Shown: in pieces, positions 20,001 through 29,147 of the stretch
How positions within the stretch are numbered: position 1 is the first letter of the stretch
Layout of the letters: the number at the start of each line of letters is the position of its first letter
Position numbers and translations under genes: made by a program
Notes under the pieces: generated by a model
What the model saw: only the letters and a program-made list of their open reading frames with translations
What the model was told of the DNA's origin: nothing
Databases searched by the model: none
Assembly: GCA_030753015.1 (NCBI GenBank)
Contig: JASMDC010000023.1
Location: 1-62,390 of the forward strand
Direction: 5' to 3'
DNA from: Candidatus Undinarchaeales archaeon
GTDB taxonomy: Archaea; SpSt-1190; JASMDC01
DNA length: 62,390 nucleotides

Positions 20001-20395
20001 TGGCGGGCGAGAAGGAGCGCTGGGCTGTCGCCCACATATTCGCTTCGTTCAACAACACCATCATCACCATCACCGATCTCTCAGGTGCCGAGTCCCTTGC
20101 GAAGGCCTCGGGAGGCATGGAGGTCAAGGCCGACCGGCTCGAATCCTCGCCTCATGCTGCCATGATGGCTGCTCGCCGTGCCGCTCTTGCGGCCAAGGAG
20201 AAGGGTGTCACTGGCGTCCATGTCAAGGTTCGAGCTCCCGGAGGCCACCGGTCAAAGAATCCCGGTCCCGGAGCTCAACCAGCGATTCGGGCCCTTGCCC
20301 GCGCGGGCCTGAAGATCGGTAAGATCGAGGACGTCACTCCCATCCCCCATGACGGAACAACGAAGCCCGGGGGCCGACGGGGGAGGCGGGTCTGA
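20000..20395 (+). CDS. rps11: 30S ribosomal protein S11 (uS11)
   Basis: [37 protein letters not shown]...GGRRGRRV. Confidence 0.98.
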   Translation: MAGEKERWAVAHIFASFNNTIITITDLSGAESLAKASGGMEVKADRLESSPHAAMMAARRAALAAKEKGVTGVHVKVRAPGGHRSKNPGPGAQPAIRALARAGLKIGKIEDVTPIPHDGTTKPGGRRGRRV

Positions 20396-20396
20396 G

Positions 20397-21200
20397 ATGA
20401 AGATCGAGATCGTCTCCAAGGACGAGCGCAAGCTCGTCTTCATCCTCAGGGACAGCGACCCCGTGTTCGCGAACACCCTCCGACGCATCATGAAGTCCGA
20501 GGTCCCCACGATGGCCATCGAGGAGGTCAACTACCTACAGAACTCCTCCGCCCTCTACGATGAGGTTCTTGCTCTACGCCTGGGTCTCATCCCGCTCAAG
20601 ACGGACCTCGCGGCCTACGTACCACCGGATGAATGCCAGTGCGGCGGCGAGGGCTGCCCGAACTGCTCGGCCTTCCTCACGCTGAAGTCCAAGGGCGAGG
20701 CCGAGGCCAAGATGGTCTATTCGGGCGACCTCGTCCCCACGGACCCCACCGTGGCTCCGAGCACGGCCACCATCCCCCTCATCCCTCTCCTGAACGACCA
20801 GGAGCTCGAGCTCGAGGCGGTTGCTCGCCTCGGGAGGGGCCGGAACCATGTAAAGTGGCAACCTGGCCTCATCGGGTACAAATACCTCCCGACCATCGAG
20901 GTCGACGCAAAGAAATGCGATGGGAAGGTCGAGACCATTATCGACGCCTGCCCCCGCAACATCCTCGTGGCCAAGAAGCGTCTGCCTGCCTTCAAGAACG
21001 AGGCGGATTGCTCCCTGTGCAAGGCGTGCGAGGAGGTCTCCGAGGGAGGAGTTACGATCAAGGGCGATCCGACGGCTTTCGTGTTCACCGTGGAGTCTTT
21101 CGGACAGCTCCCTCCCGAGAGCATCGTTCTCGAAGCGGCACGCATCCTAGAGAAGAAGGCTCTGGAATTCGAAGACGGGATCAAGGCGCTGGAGGAGTAA
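20397..21200 (+). CDS. rpoD: DNA-directed RNA polymerase subunit D (Rpo3)
   Basis: FANTLRR...EVPTMAI, NSSALYDEVLALRLGLIPL, CQCGGEGCPNC, H.KWQP, ferredoxin-like CP...CSLCKAC. Confidence 0.96.
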   Translation: MKIEIVSKDERKLVFILRDSDPVFANTLRRIMKSEVPTMAIEEVNYLQNSSALYDEVLALRLGLIPLKTDLAAYVPPDECQCGGEGCPNCSAFLTLKSKGEAEAKMVYSGDLVPTDPTVAPSTATIPLIPLLNDQELELEAVARLGRGRNHVKWQPGLIGYKYLPTIEVDAKKCDGKVETIIDACPRNILVAKKRLPAFKNEADCSLCKACEEVSEGGVTIKGDPTAFVFTVESFGQLPPESIVLEAARILEKKALEFEDGIKALEE

Positions 21201-21232
21201 TAGAACCAACAAGGTAGCAACAATCACCCTGT

Positions 21233-21317
21233 GCGGGGGTACCCCAGCTGGCCAAAGGGGCAGGGTTGAGGGCCCTGTGGCTTAGTGCCTGCGCGGGTTC
21301 GAATCCCGTCCCCCGCA
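21233..21317 (+). tRNA. tRNA-Leu(GAG)
   Basis: GCGGGGG acceptor stem pairs with CCCCCGC-A; anticodon arm CAGGG-TTGAGGG-CCCTG; long variable arm; GGTTCGAATCC; CCA not encoded. Confidence 0.96.
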
Positions 21318-21394
21318 CTACTCTTTTCTGATTAGAATGAGTGCTCGGCGACCAAGTCCCAAGGTTTAAATTGATGAACCCGGTCGAAGGTTTC

Positions 21395-22072
21395 ATGGTA
21401 CTCGACTGGTTGGCCTCCAAGAAGGAAGCGGAGGAAAAGGAGAAAGGATCGGAGCCCCTCAAGGTGCCCGAGCCACCTAAAGCGCCGGAGACACCGAAGC
21501 CAAAGCCCATCGCGGTCCCAAGACCACCCTCGCCACCGGAAGTGCCGAAGCCAAGACCTATCGCGATCCCAAAACCACCCTCGCCACCGGAGACACCGAA
21601 GCCAAGGCCTATCGCGATCCCTAAACCACCCTCGCCACCGGAGGTGCCGCGAATCCCCAAGCCGCCCATCCCTGACGAAGAGCCAAAGAAGGGGACGGAC
21701 GCTCCGAAGGAGGAAGAGCTTCGCAAGAAAGAGGAACCGTCCAAGAAACCTGAAGAGGCAGAGAAGGAGGAGGGCGAGCCTATCGGGGCGCTCAGCAAGC
21801 TTGTGAGCAGCGTCAAGGAGGAGATTAGCGACATCCGAAGCCGTGTCAAGGATCTCGAGGATGAGGTTGACGCGAAGAAGACAAAGATCGCAGAGCTTGA
21901 GGACGCACTCAAGAAGAAGGAGGAAGGGGACGCTAAGCGCATCAAGAACCTCGAGGACGACCTCAAGAAGAAGGAGGATGACGCTAAGAAGCGCGAGAAC
22001 TCCTTCGAAGCGACCATCAGAGAACTCAAGGAAGCCCTTGACGCCATCGAAAAGGACCTTAAGGGCGCCTAG
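21395..22072 (+). CDS. Proline-rich repeat plus charged coiled-coil protein
   Basis: MVLDWLASKK start; three PKPxPIAxPxPPSPPE units; C-terminal Lys/Glu heptads; TTTAAA box upstream. Confidence 0.8.
   Translation: MVLDWLASKKEAEEKEKGSEPLKVPEPPKAPETPKPKPIAVPRPPSPPEVPKPRPIAIPKPPSPPETPKPRPIAIPKPPSPPEVPRIPKPPIPDEEPKKGTDAPKEEELRKKEEPSKKPEEAEKEEGEPIGALSKLVSSVKEEISDIRSRVKDLEDEVDAKKTKIAELEDALKKKEEGDAKRIKNLEDDLKKKEDDAKKRENSFEATIRELKEALDAIEKDLKGA
21485..21649 (+). repeat. Coding tandem repeat, 51-nt unit, about 3.2 copies
   Basis: Units begin CCGGA at 21485, 21536, 21587 and 21638. Confidence 0.9.
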
Positions 22073-22595
22073 TCGCAGAACCGTGCAAGACCTGGGGCGG
22101 AGTCTTTGCTCCGCTCCCGGTCACGCGTGTCATTCTCGTTTCATTGATGCCCCTGTCAGTAGGGCCGAGAGTGAACAGCACAAGAAAAAGCGAGGAATCA
22201 GATGCTCTTTGGGCTAGTCATCAACTTCCTCAGGCTGATGACCATGATGAGCGCCAGTGACGGTAGCACAGGATCCATCAGGAGGCTTCGCGTACCAACA
22301 TTATATATAAATCTACCGAATAAGCGCTATTTGACGTTAATAAATATTATTAGTGAATATTCGCACTCAATTCATAGAATCACATACAATCCAGTCGTTT
22401 CTCGGGGAATAACTAAAAATTCTTTGTTTAATAAGTACTTTGAGAAAGGAATATCTTCTAAACAAAAAAATGACACTCGGGCCCAGAGATTAGGGAAAAC
22501 GAAGGATTATTAGATCCAACATCCTTCCCTACAAGCACAGCCCAGTTCCAAAGCGGGCCTGAGGATCATAATCCAAAGAACGTGGTGAGCGACAG

Positions 22596-23033
22596 ATGAC
22601 GACATCCTCGGACCCTGTTATCGAGGAGGCGGTTTTCGAGCACGAGAGCGGTGCTGTCCGGACAATCCTTATCATCGTCGGTACAATTGCCGTGATCGTC
22701 GGCGTAGTTGGCATATTCCTCCCTCTGCTCCCAACTACGCCGTTCCTCCTGCTCGCGGCCGCCTGTTATGCCCGTAGCTCACGCAGATTCTATACTTGGC
22801 TTCTGACCAATCCGTGGCTCGGAGCGTACATTAGCGACTACCGGGCCGGACGCGGAGTGCCTATGAAGGTGAAGGCCTCGATCCTCGCTCTTCTCTGGGC
22901 CACAATCCTTGTCTCTGCGGGGTTCTTCGTTGAGAGCCTCATTATCAGAGCAATGCTCCTCATTATCGCGCTCGCGGTCACCATGCATGTCCTTTCCATC
23001 AAGACACGCGTCGAGGAGGTATCCGAGAAATGA
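22596..23033 (+). CDS. YbaN/DUF454 family membrane protein
   Basis: GIFLPLLPTTPFLLLAAACYARSS.RFY.WL. Confidence 0.92.
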   Translation: MTTSSDPVIEEAVFEHESGAVRTILIIVGTIAVIVGVVGIFLPLLPTTPFLLLAAACYARSSRRFYTWLLTNPWLGAYISDYRAGRGVPMKVKASILALLWATILVSAGFFVESLIIRAMLLIIALAVTMHVLSIKTRVEEVSEK

Positions 23034-23524
23034 GCGGACCGGGAGCCCTATATGAAGAGGAGGTGTCCTCCTACTGGATATCGGGCATCCTGGGTGCTGT
23101 CGCTCTACTTTTCCTAGCTCTCGAGGTCCAGCGCTCGATGATGGTCCCTCTATCCCCGCCAGCAGGACTGTTCCCAGGGATGTTCTTGCTTTTCCTGGCG
23201 CTTGCCCTGGTATTCCGCCGACTCACGATCAGTATCACGAACGAGGGGGTGAGCGTCACCTACACCCTGTTCAGGTACGATGTCGCCTGGGATGATATCG
23301 TTGACCTGGCCGTGGACGAAAGGTCAGCGTTCTGGTATCGTGGGTACGGTGTACGCATCGCCCGTGGTGGTGATGGGTGGGTGCTGGTCTTCAGTACCAT
23401 CGGCCCCGCACGGGTAACGCTCGTGCTTAAAGAAAGGTGGTTCAGCCACTTCGTATTCTCCACACGTCGACCGGACGAGGTAGTGAAGCTGGTGCGTGAG
23501 CGGATGAGCAAGGAGAGCGAATAA
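23030..23524 (+). CDS. Two-TM membrane protein with C-terminal bacterial-PH-like domain
   Basis: Two TM segments, then LTISIT..GV.V.Y...V.WDDI, YRGYGVR, FVFSTRRPDEV. Confidence 0.65.
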   Translation: MSGPGALYEEEVSSYWISGILGAVALLFLALEVQRSMMVPLSPPAGLFPGMFLLFLALALVFRRLTISITNEGVSVTYTLFRYDVAWDDIVDLAVDERSAFWYRGYGVRIARGGDGWVLVFSTIGPARVTLVLKERWFSHFVFSTRRPDEVVKLVRERMSKESE

Positions 23525-23591
23525 ACCGATTCCTTCGGTCAACCCAGCGGCCACCAGACGGTGTCGTTCTTATTCCTTAAGGTTGCGTGAT

Positions 23592-24395
23592 ATGTACATG
23601 AAGGGTGTCATCTGCTATTATTCAAGCGCCGGTAACACGCGTCTAGCATGCAAGTACATTGAGCGTAAGGTCTCAAGCTGCTCGTTCGACCTCTTCAACA
23701 TCCACAAGGACGGTGCTCCCGGTCTGGACGCCTATGATGTCGTGGGATTCGCCACCTTCACGGACTTCATGACTCCCGCGCTCCGCATGCGGCAGTTCAT
23801 CCTGGATCTCAAGACGCAGGATGGGAAACCCGCGTTCGTGTTCAACACCTTCGGCTCAAACGCCTCAGGCGGGACGCTGTGGCACATGAGGCAGCTCGTT
23901 GGAGGAAAAGGATTCACGGTGATTGCCGGTCATACCCTTCCTTGCCCCGAGAGCTTCCCCCCGCTCATCGCCGAAGGGAAGGGGTTCGAGGAGCATCCCC
24001 TGCCCGACGAGGTGGCAGCATTCGACAGGTTCATTGAGGATCTCGACCAGAAGCTTGCTAGAATCACCGAAGGGTGTGAGCCCGAAGAGGATGACTTGGG
24101 AATCGGCGTCCTCACTCGCCTCATGTCAGCCCCACCGCGGTTCTTTGCTCGCCGGATGATGGGTCAGAACAAGGTCGACGCTGAGCGGTGCACATCGTGC
24201 GGTACGTGCGAGCGCAGCTGCCCCTACGGTGCGATCACGGTGGAAGGTGTGCCCTCGTTCGATGAGGGTAAATGCCAAAGTTGTTGGGCGTGCTACAACC
24301 ACTGTCCGACCAAAGCGATCTTCACATCGAAGTTAAAGGATGCTGGCCACTACCCGCGGCCGAACGATCACATGAAGCACGTTCTCGGGGAGTGA
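23592..24395 (+). CDS. EFR1-type flavodoxin-like plus 2x[4Fe-4S] ferredoxin protein
   Basis: YYSSAGNT flavodoxin loop; CTSCGTCERSCP and CQSCWACYNHCP. Confidence 0.88.
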   Translation: MYMKGVICYYSSAGNTRLACKYIERKVSSCSFDLFNIHKDGAPGLDAYDVVGFATFTDFMTPALRMRQFILDLKTQDGKPAFVFNTFGSNASGGTLWHMRQLVGGKGFTVIAGHTLPCPESFPPLIAEGKGFEEHPLPDEVAAFDRFIEDLDQKLARITEGCEPEEDDLGIGVLTRLMSAPPRFFARRMMGQNKVDAERCTSCGTCERSCPYGAITVEGVPSFDEGKCQSCWACYNHCPTKAIFTSKLKDAGHYPRPNDHMKHVLGE

Positions 24396-24467
24396 GGCCC
24401 CAAAGCATCGATTTAAAAACCGGGTACTATGCCGGGCCCAATCCGACTGGAAGGACGGGCACTGACA

Positions 24468-25439
24468 ATGGACCTTGAGTACTCACATGAGTGGTTCGAG
24501 TTCACGCGGGAAATGAACGCGCTGGACCGTCGTCTCTATAAGGAGAAGATGGACCACGATACCGAGGAGACCGTTCGCTCTGAGTACAGGACCTGCTTGT
24601 ATAAACGCTACGAGCACCGCAGCGAGTTCATCGGGGAGCGAAAGAAGGAGCTCGTGGAGGACATGGAGGAACTGACCGGGACGCATCTGGAGTTCCATCT
24701 CCAGTACCAGCCCACCCAATATGTGACCGTCAGGTGCCCCAAGGACAAGCTAGCCTTCGATGTCGTCGACGAGGTTAGAGTGTCCTCCGCCGCAAAGCGC
24801 CATTTTGAGTCTCAAGGCTACGACGTGGCCATCCTAGCAAAGAGCTCGAGCTCACGTGGGATGGTCCGCATCGCCGACATATACGGAGAGTTACGGGGCG
24901 CTGATGCCGAGGGCCACGAGGCGACTCATCTCATTTTGGATGGGACTCCCCTTCAGAACGCTTACCATCAGGATGAAGCACGGATCATCTGCGACACCGC
25001 TTGTGACATCGTGGGCGCCGAGCGGTTGCAGTACTACGTGGAGAAGCACTATTCCAGTGACGAAAAGATGGTCGAAAGAATGGACCACCTACTCCACTTC
25101 AAGGAGAATTCAGTCAAGCTCATCGGAGAGGCACGGGACGAGATCCTGCCCTTCATCGAGGCGGGCGACAAGAAGGGTGCCGATGCCGTGGTGGAGAAAT
25201 ATTCAGCTCTCAGCGACGAGGTCCTCGGGCAGCATCTGGAGATCAACCGCTGCATCATGGCCGTCGCCCATATCTACTCAGGGAATAAAGAGGTCAAGGG
25301 TGCTCTGGAGACGCTCAAGGACGAGCGAGGTGTGGCTGGCATGCTCGAAGCTGTTAAAGAAATCACCACGATCGACGAGCTCCTCGATGAAGCGTACGAT
25401 GATCCGGGCATCGCGAAACGTGAGGAGCCTGAGTCATGA
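24468..25439 (+). CDS. Hypothetical acidic protein
   Basis: Long ORF with genome-like codon usage; ATGA overlap with the next gene; no family recognised. Confidence 0.7.
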   Translation: MDLEYSHEWFEFTREMNALDRRLYKEKMDHDTEETVRSEYRTCLYKRYEHRSEFIGERKKELVEDMEELTGTHLEFHLQYQPTQYVTVRCPKDKLAFDVVDEVRVSSAAKRHFESQGYDVAILAKSSSSRGMVRIADIYGELRGADAEGHEATHLILDGTPLQNAYHQDEARIICDTACDIVGAERLQYYVEKHYSSDEKMVERMDHLLHFKENSVKLIGEARDEILPFIEAGDKKGADAVVEKYSALSDEVLGQHLEINRCIMAVAHIYSGNKEVKGALETLKDERGVAGMLEAVKEITTIDELLDEAYDDPGIAKREEPES

Positions 25440-25942
25440 GCCTTGCGGTCAGGAAGGTCCGTTCCGAGGACGCAGCTGCGATCGTTGATATCCTCAATCC
25501 CATCATCAGTGACGGCAATCTGAGCGTGCTCGACACACCCTTATCCGTCGAGGACGAGCAAGAGTATATCGAGCGGTTCCCCGCTCTCGGCGTGTTCCTC
25601 GTCGCCGAGGACCGGGAGGGAACCATTGTAGGTTTCCAGAGCGTTGAACCGTTCGCCACCTACACACATGCTTTCGACCATGTGGGCACCATAGGTACGT
25701 TCGTCGGGCTGCCCTACCGACGCAAAGGCGTCGGGACTGTGCTCGCAAAAGCCACTTTCGCATCGGCGAGGGCCGTTGGTTTCGAGAAGCTCTTCACCTA
25801 TATCCTGGCCACTAATGATGCTTCGCTGGTCTTCCACCAGCGGCTCGGATTCACTGTAGTTGGTACTGCTCGGCGGCAAGCGCGTCTCGGCGGCCGGTAC
25901 GTGGACGAGGTGCTCATCGAACGGTTCCTCGACGATATGTGA
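25436..25942 (+). CDS. GNAT family N-acetyltransferase (Pat/YncA-like)
   Basis: RRKGVGT acetyl-CoA motif, N.ASL.FH.RLGF..VG, GRYVD. Confidence 0.9.
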   Translation: MSLAVRKVRSEDAAAIVDILNPIISDGNLSVLDTPLSVEDEQEYIERFPALGVFLVAEDREGTIVGFQSVEPFATYTHAFDHVGTIGTFVGLPYRRKGVGTVLAKATFASARAVGFEKLFTYILATNDASLVFHQRLGFTVVGTARRQARLGGRYVDEVLIERFLDDM

Positions 25943-25960
25943 AGGTCCGGTCCCACGCCA

Positions 25961-27130
25961 TCATCCAAGCTCGAAGGTCCCGTAACGCCCACCGCCCCCT
26001 GGGAGAACGGTGAGCGCCCCCTTCCGGAAGGCCAGGACCCATAGGGCGACTTTCTCACCAGCGACGCGGGCGATGTCCTCCACCGACAGGTCCACAAGCA
26101 CTGCGATCTCACTCTCACCGGCGGCTACCAGCTGTCGCCATACGCGCACAACACGCTTCGAGGTCACCCCTTTCACGCCAAGGGAGAACGCGATGAGTTC
26201 TGCCAGTGGCATGATGCGGAGGTAGGGCGGGCGCCCTGTAGGGTGACGACCTTCAGGCAGGTCAGCGAGCCGGGCCACCCGCTCGCTCACACCGAACCGC
26301 ACAGCACCACCGCAGGAGCAGCGCCGGTCATCAGGGATCGCGCTCGGGGCGAAGAGACGATCACACGAGTTGCATGAGGATAGGTGGTACTTACCAAGCC
26401 GAGGGTCCAGGCCTACGTTCAGCTCCACATCGCTTCGTTCGATAGCGTGGCGTAGGGCGGGGAACGAGAGCTCGTCCATCCGTAGCCTCACGAACTCCCG
26501 ACCGATACGATGGGGCTGGGGCCCATGAGCGTCAGAGCACGAGAGGAAGGTTAGCTGGTGGAGCGACGAGATCGTGTCCGCCATGTCGGTGTCCGCAGAG
26601 AGCCCCAGTTCCAGGAAGCGGACGTCTGCGACACGGTCCCGGTAACAGGCTTCTACCGAGGTGAAGGCGCCCTCCCGAAGGAGGCTGCGGTGGGGAGTGA
26701 ACGCATGGGCGGGGCCGATGATGCCGCCCACATCCCGTACTATCTCCGCGATCCCTGCACCGTCCATCCGCAGGTGTGGGCGAGCGTTCGAGGTGACGTT
26801 AGCTCCCGTTGCAGCGATGCGTTCGCCAAGGTCCTCGGCAGCGTCGAGGGAGGGCAAGATGACGAGGTGGTGCACCATGTCCTTGTCCTCCAACTCCGTC
26901 TGTGCCACGAAGAGGGTGCCGTTCGCTGCGCGATAAAGGCCATCCTCCTCCTCAATGAGATGCTCGCGCAGATGGGCGATCCATCCCGGGTGCTGTGCAT
27001 CCCCGGTCCCCATGAGCGTAAGTCCCTTCTCTGCAGCGTGATGCGCTAGGGTGGGAATGTCCATGTAGCGGGATACGCCTATTGCGTGGCGTGAGTGGAG
27101 ATGGAGATCGGCGTCCAGCACCGTCGACAT
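25961..27130 (-). CDS. PHP-fold endonuclease Q family protein (TIGR00375-like)
   Basis: DADLHLHS, GTGD..HP.W, PAHAFTP, ELGLSAD..MA, SDAH, GREF, GKYH..C..C...C.CGG, PGGGGRYG. Confidence 0.88.
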   Translation of the reverse strand: MSTVLDADLHLHSRHAIGVSRYMDIPTLAHHAAEKGLTLMGTGDAQHPGWIAHLREHLIEEEDGLYRAANGTLFVAQTELEDKDMVHHLVILPSLDAAEDLGERIAATGANVTSNARPHLRMDGAGIAEIVRDVGGIIGPAHAFTPHRSLLREGAFTSVEACYRDRVADVRFLELGLSADTDMADTISSLHQLTFLSCSDAHGPQPHRIGREFVRLRMDELSFPALRHAIERSDVELNVGLDPRLGKYHLSSCNSCDRLFAPSAIPDDRRCSCGGAVRFGVSERVARLADLPEGRHPTGRPPYLRIMPLAELIAFSLGVKGVTSKRVVRVWRQLVAAGESEIAVLVDLSVEDIARVAGEKVALWVLAFRKGALTVLPGGGGRYGTFELG

Positions 27131-27133
27131 GGT

Positions 27134-28093
27134 CTATCGCCCCAAGGGTGTTGTCTCGATACCGAACCGGTCCGCAACCGCCTTGGCAAGTCGTTTGTTG
27201 GAGCCGTGGACGGTGTACACATGACGGGGCGATGTGGCGGCGACCAGGTTCATGAGCCCTTGGAAGTCAGCGTGATTGCTGAGGGGGAAGCAACGGTGAC
27301 GGCGACTTCCCCAACCCGTGACCAGGGCTGTGACCACGGGACGGTGTGTGAGCCTGGCATAGGCCGCCCGGGCGGCATCCAGTGTCCGGGGTGGTGTCAC
27401 CAGGACGAACGTGTCCATGGCCGCCTCCTGACCCTCGGGAGAGCTTGCCGAGACTGCGTCGCCAACGGATACACCATGACGCTCGCACAAGGCATTGAGC
27501 TGGGCGATGTCCTCATGTACCAGTACGGGGACGCCCGTCTCCTCCGTCAGGATACGCACGAGCTCCTGGGCCTTACCGAAGGTGTATGCTCCAAACACCA
27601 CCGAGCCGTGCATCTCTCTGGTGACCCGCTTGACCCACCGCACGATATCAGCACGCACATCCTCCCTGCGAGGGAAGCGATGTCGAGGATCGCCATAGGT
27701 CGAGTCCATGACAAGGACATCGCATGCCACATGCTCGGGCGAAACACCGAAGGCGTTCTCCTGGTCGCAGTAGTCGCCAGTGAATGTCAGCGCAAGACCG
27801 TCCCCCTCCACATGGAGCATCGTCGCGCCCGGTGCGTGACTGGATGAAAGGAAGCGGCATGTGTAGGGGCCGAACCGGGTCCGTTCCGCGGGGACGTGGT
27901 CACGACCGGTACGAGCGCGCATCACATCGAAGGTGAGCGGCGAGGCCAGCACTGGGGCCGAACGCCGTCGTGGCACATGGTCCATATGTGCATGGGAGAC
28001 GAACGTGACGTCCGCCCGGGGCGTGGAGCGATCAAGGGAGAGCACCTCCCCGTCGAGCTCGAGCTCCAGATCAGATATGGAGGAGAGCGGCAT
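27134..28093 (-). CDS. Metallo-beta-lactamase/beta-CASP nuclease
   Basis: SHAHMDH, FTGD, DSTYG.P, YTFGKAQE, PLSNHADF, TVHG; start at MPLSSIS with a TATA box upstream. Confidence 0.88.
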   Translation of the reverse strand: MPLSSISDLELELDGEVLSLDRSTPRADVTFVSHAHMDHVPRRRSAPVLASPLTFDVMRARTGRDHVPAERTRFGPYTCRFLSSSHAPGATMLHVEGDGLALTFTGDYCDQENAFGVSPEHVACDVLVMDSTYGDPRHRFPRREDVRADIVRWVKRVTREMHGSVVFGAYTFGKAQELVRILTEETGVPVLVHEDIAQLNALCERHGVSVGDAVSASSPEGQEAAMDTFVLVTPPRTLDAARAAYARLTHRPVVTALVTGWGSRRHRCFPLSNHADFQGLMNLVAATSPRHVYTVHGSNKRLAKAVADRFGIETTPLGR

Positions 28094-28179
28094 GGATCGG
28101 TGGACACCCCTTCGGTCCCGTATGTGGCTCTGGCCGGTATTTTTATATATGTGCATCGCCCCCATCCCGAGGGAGTAGT

Positions 28180-29136
28180 ATGGGGTTTCTTGATTGGGTG
28201 CGTCTCTACACGTCGGCACTCATGTATCGACGCGACTCCTCCCGTCTCATGCAGATGAGCCTTGCTGTGTCGACCCTTTGGCTCACGCTCTTGCTCCTCC
28301 CGTACATCCCAAATGCGGCCACGCTACCCCGAATAGGACCCCTCTACCGTTTCGCCACATTGCCCATCCCCGTTATCGGGACCACGGTGGGCACGGTCAT
28401 CCTCCTCCTCGTCCCTCCGCTGATGGGGATCGTCGTGGTCTCGCTCTCTTTGTTCCAGGAACAGCACGGCTACATGCCGCGTACCCCTACCGAGAGCGCC
28501 GAAGCGTTCGGGACCTTCAGGGGGTTCCTGGACGACGCGTCCGCAATCGACGTCGGCCTCGTGGTGTTCAGGGGGCTGGCGGCCATGTTCCATTGGCTAG
28601 GTGTGAGCATTCTGCTAATATTCTCCACTGTCGTAGGCGCGCTCCGCTCTGTCATGGGCGCAGAGGTAGAGGACGTGTTCTACATCCCTGCTCGCCCCAT
28701 GACCCTTGACGGTCTCACTGATGCTCTCGCCGATGGTATGCGTGCTACCGGCACACCTCCGCTCTTCATTGTGGCCAGCGAGCGCTCTAAGGAAGCACCG
28801 TCGACCGTCATGCGAGTGGTGGTGGCCTTCCTGGGGAGAGCCCTGGGGCCCATTGTGCTCATCAGTGCCGAGCGCCTCCGCATCCTCGTGACAGGTGGCG
28901 ATATCACGGCCCTGGGCGGGATGCAGGCTGTTCGCCAGCTCTATCTCCAAGCCTCGCCCCGGATCGGCCCCCACATTATCGCATCCGAGCACCCACTGGC
29001 ACGGAAGCTGGAAGCGTCCCTGAACGATGGCCAAATGACATCCTGGAATGAGCTCAATGACCTCCTCTCTCAAGAGGGAGTTACACTGCGTGAGGTGGCG
29101 TTGCTGGCCGACAAAGCCGGTCAATCCCGCTCGTGA
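28180..29136 (+). CDS. Hypothetical membrane protein
   Basis: Several hydrophobic segments; divergent from the MBL gene with TTTATATA at about 28142. Confidence 0.65.
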   Translation: MGFLDWVRLYTSALMYRRDSSRLMQMSLAVSTLWLTLLLLPYIPNAATLPRIGPLYRFATLPIPVIGTTVGTVILLLVPPLMGIVVVSLSLFQEQHGYMPRTPTESAEAFGTFRGFLDDASAIDVGLVVFRGLAAMFHWLGVSILLIFSTVVGALRSVMGAEVEDVFYIPARPMTLDGLTDALADGMRATGTPPLFIVASERSKEAPSTVMRVVVAFLGRALGPIVLISAERLRILVTGGDITALGGMQAVRQLYLQASPRIGPHIIASEHPLARKLEASLNDGQMTSWNELNDLLSQEGVTLREVALLADKAGQSRS

Positions 29137-29147
29137 GGTGATATGTA

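Noticed and set aside
21485-21649. Regularly spaced repeat resembling a CRISPR array
   Set aside because: Contiguous in-frame 51-nt coding units without unique spacers; no cas genes.
22202-22513. 103-aa ORF in the AT-rich gap
   Set aside because: Composition and codon usage are unlike genuine genes here, and there is no recognisable motif.
24468-25439. Possible PD-(D/E)xK nuclease motif (RIADIYG) in the hypothetical protein
   Set aside because: No convincing downstream (D/E)xK; too weak to call without a profile search.
21233-26000. Possible integrated element at tRNA-Leu
   Set aside because: No integrase gene, and I found no duplicated tRNA 3' end in the window.
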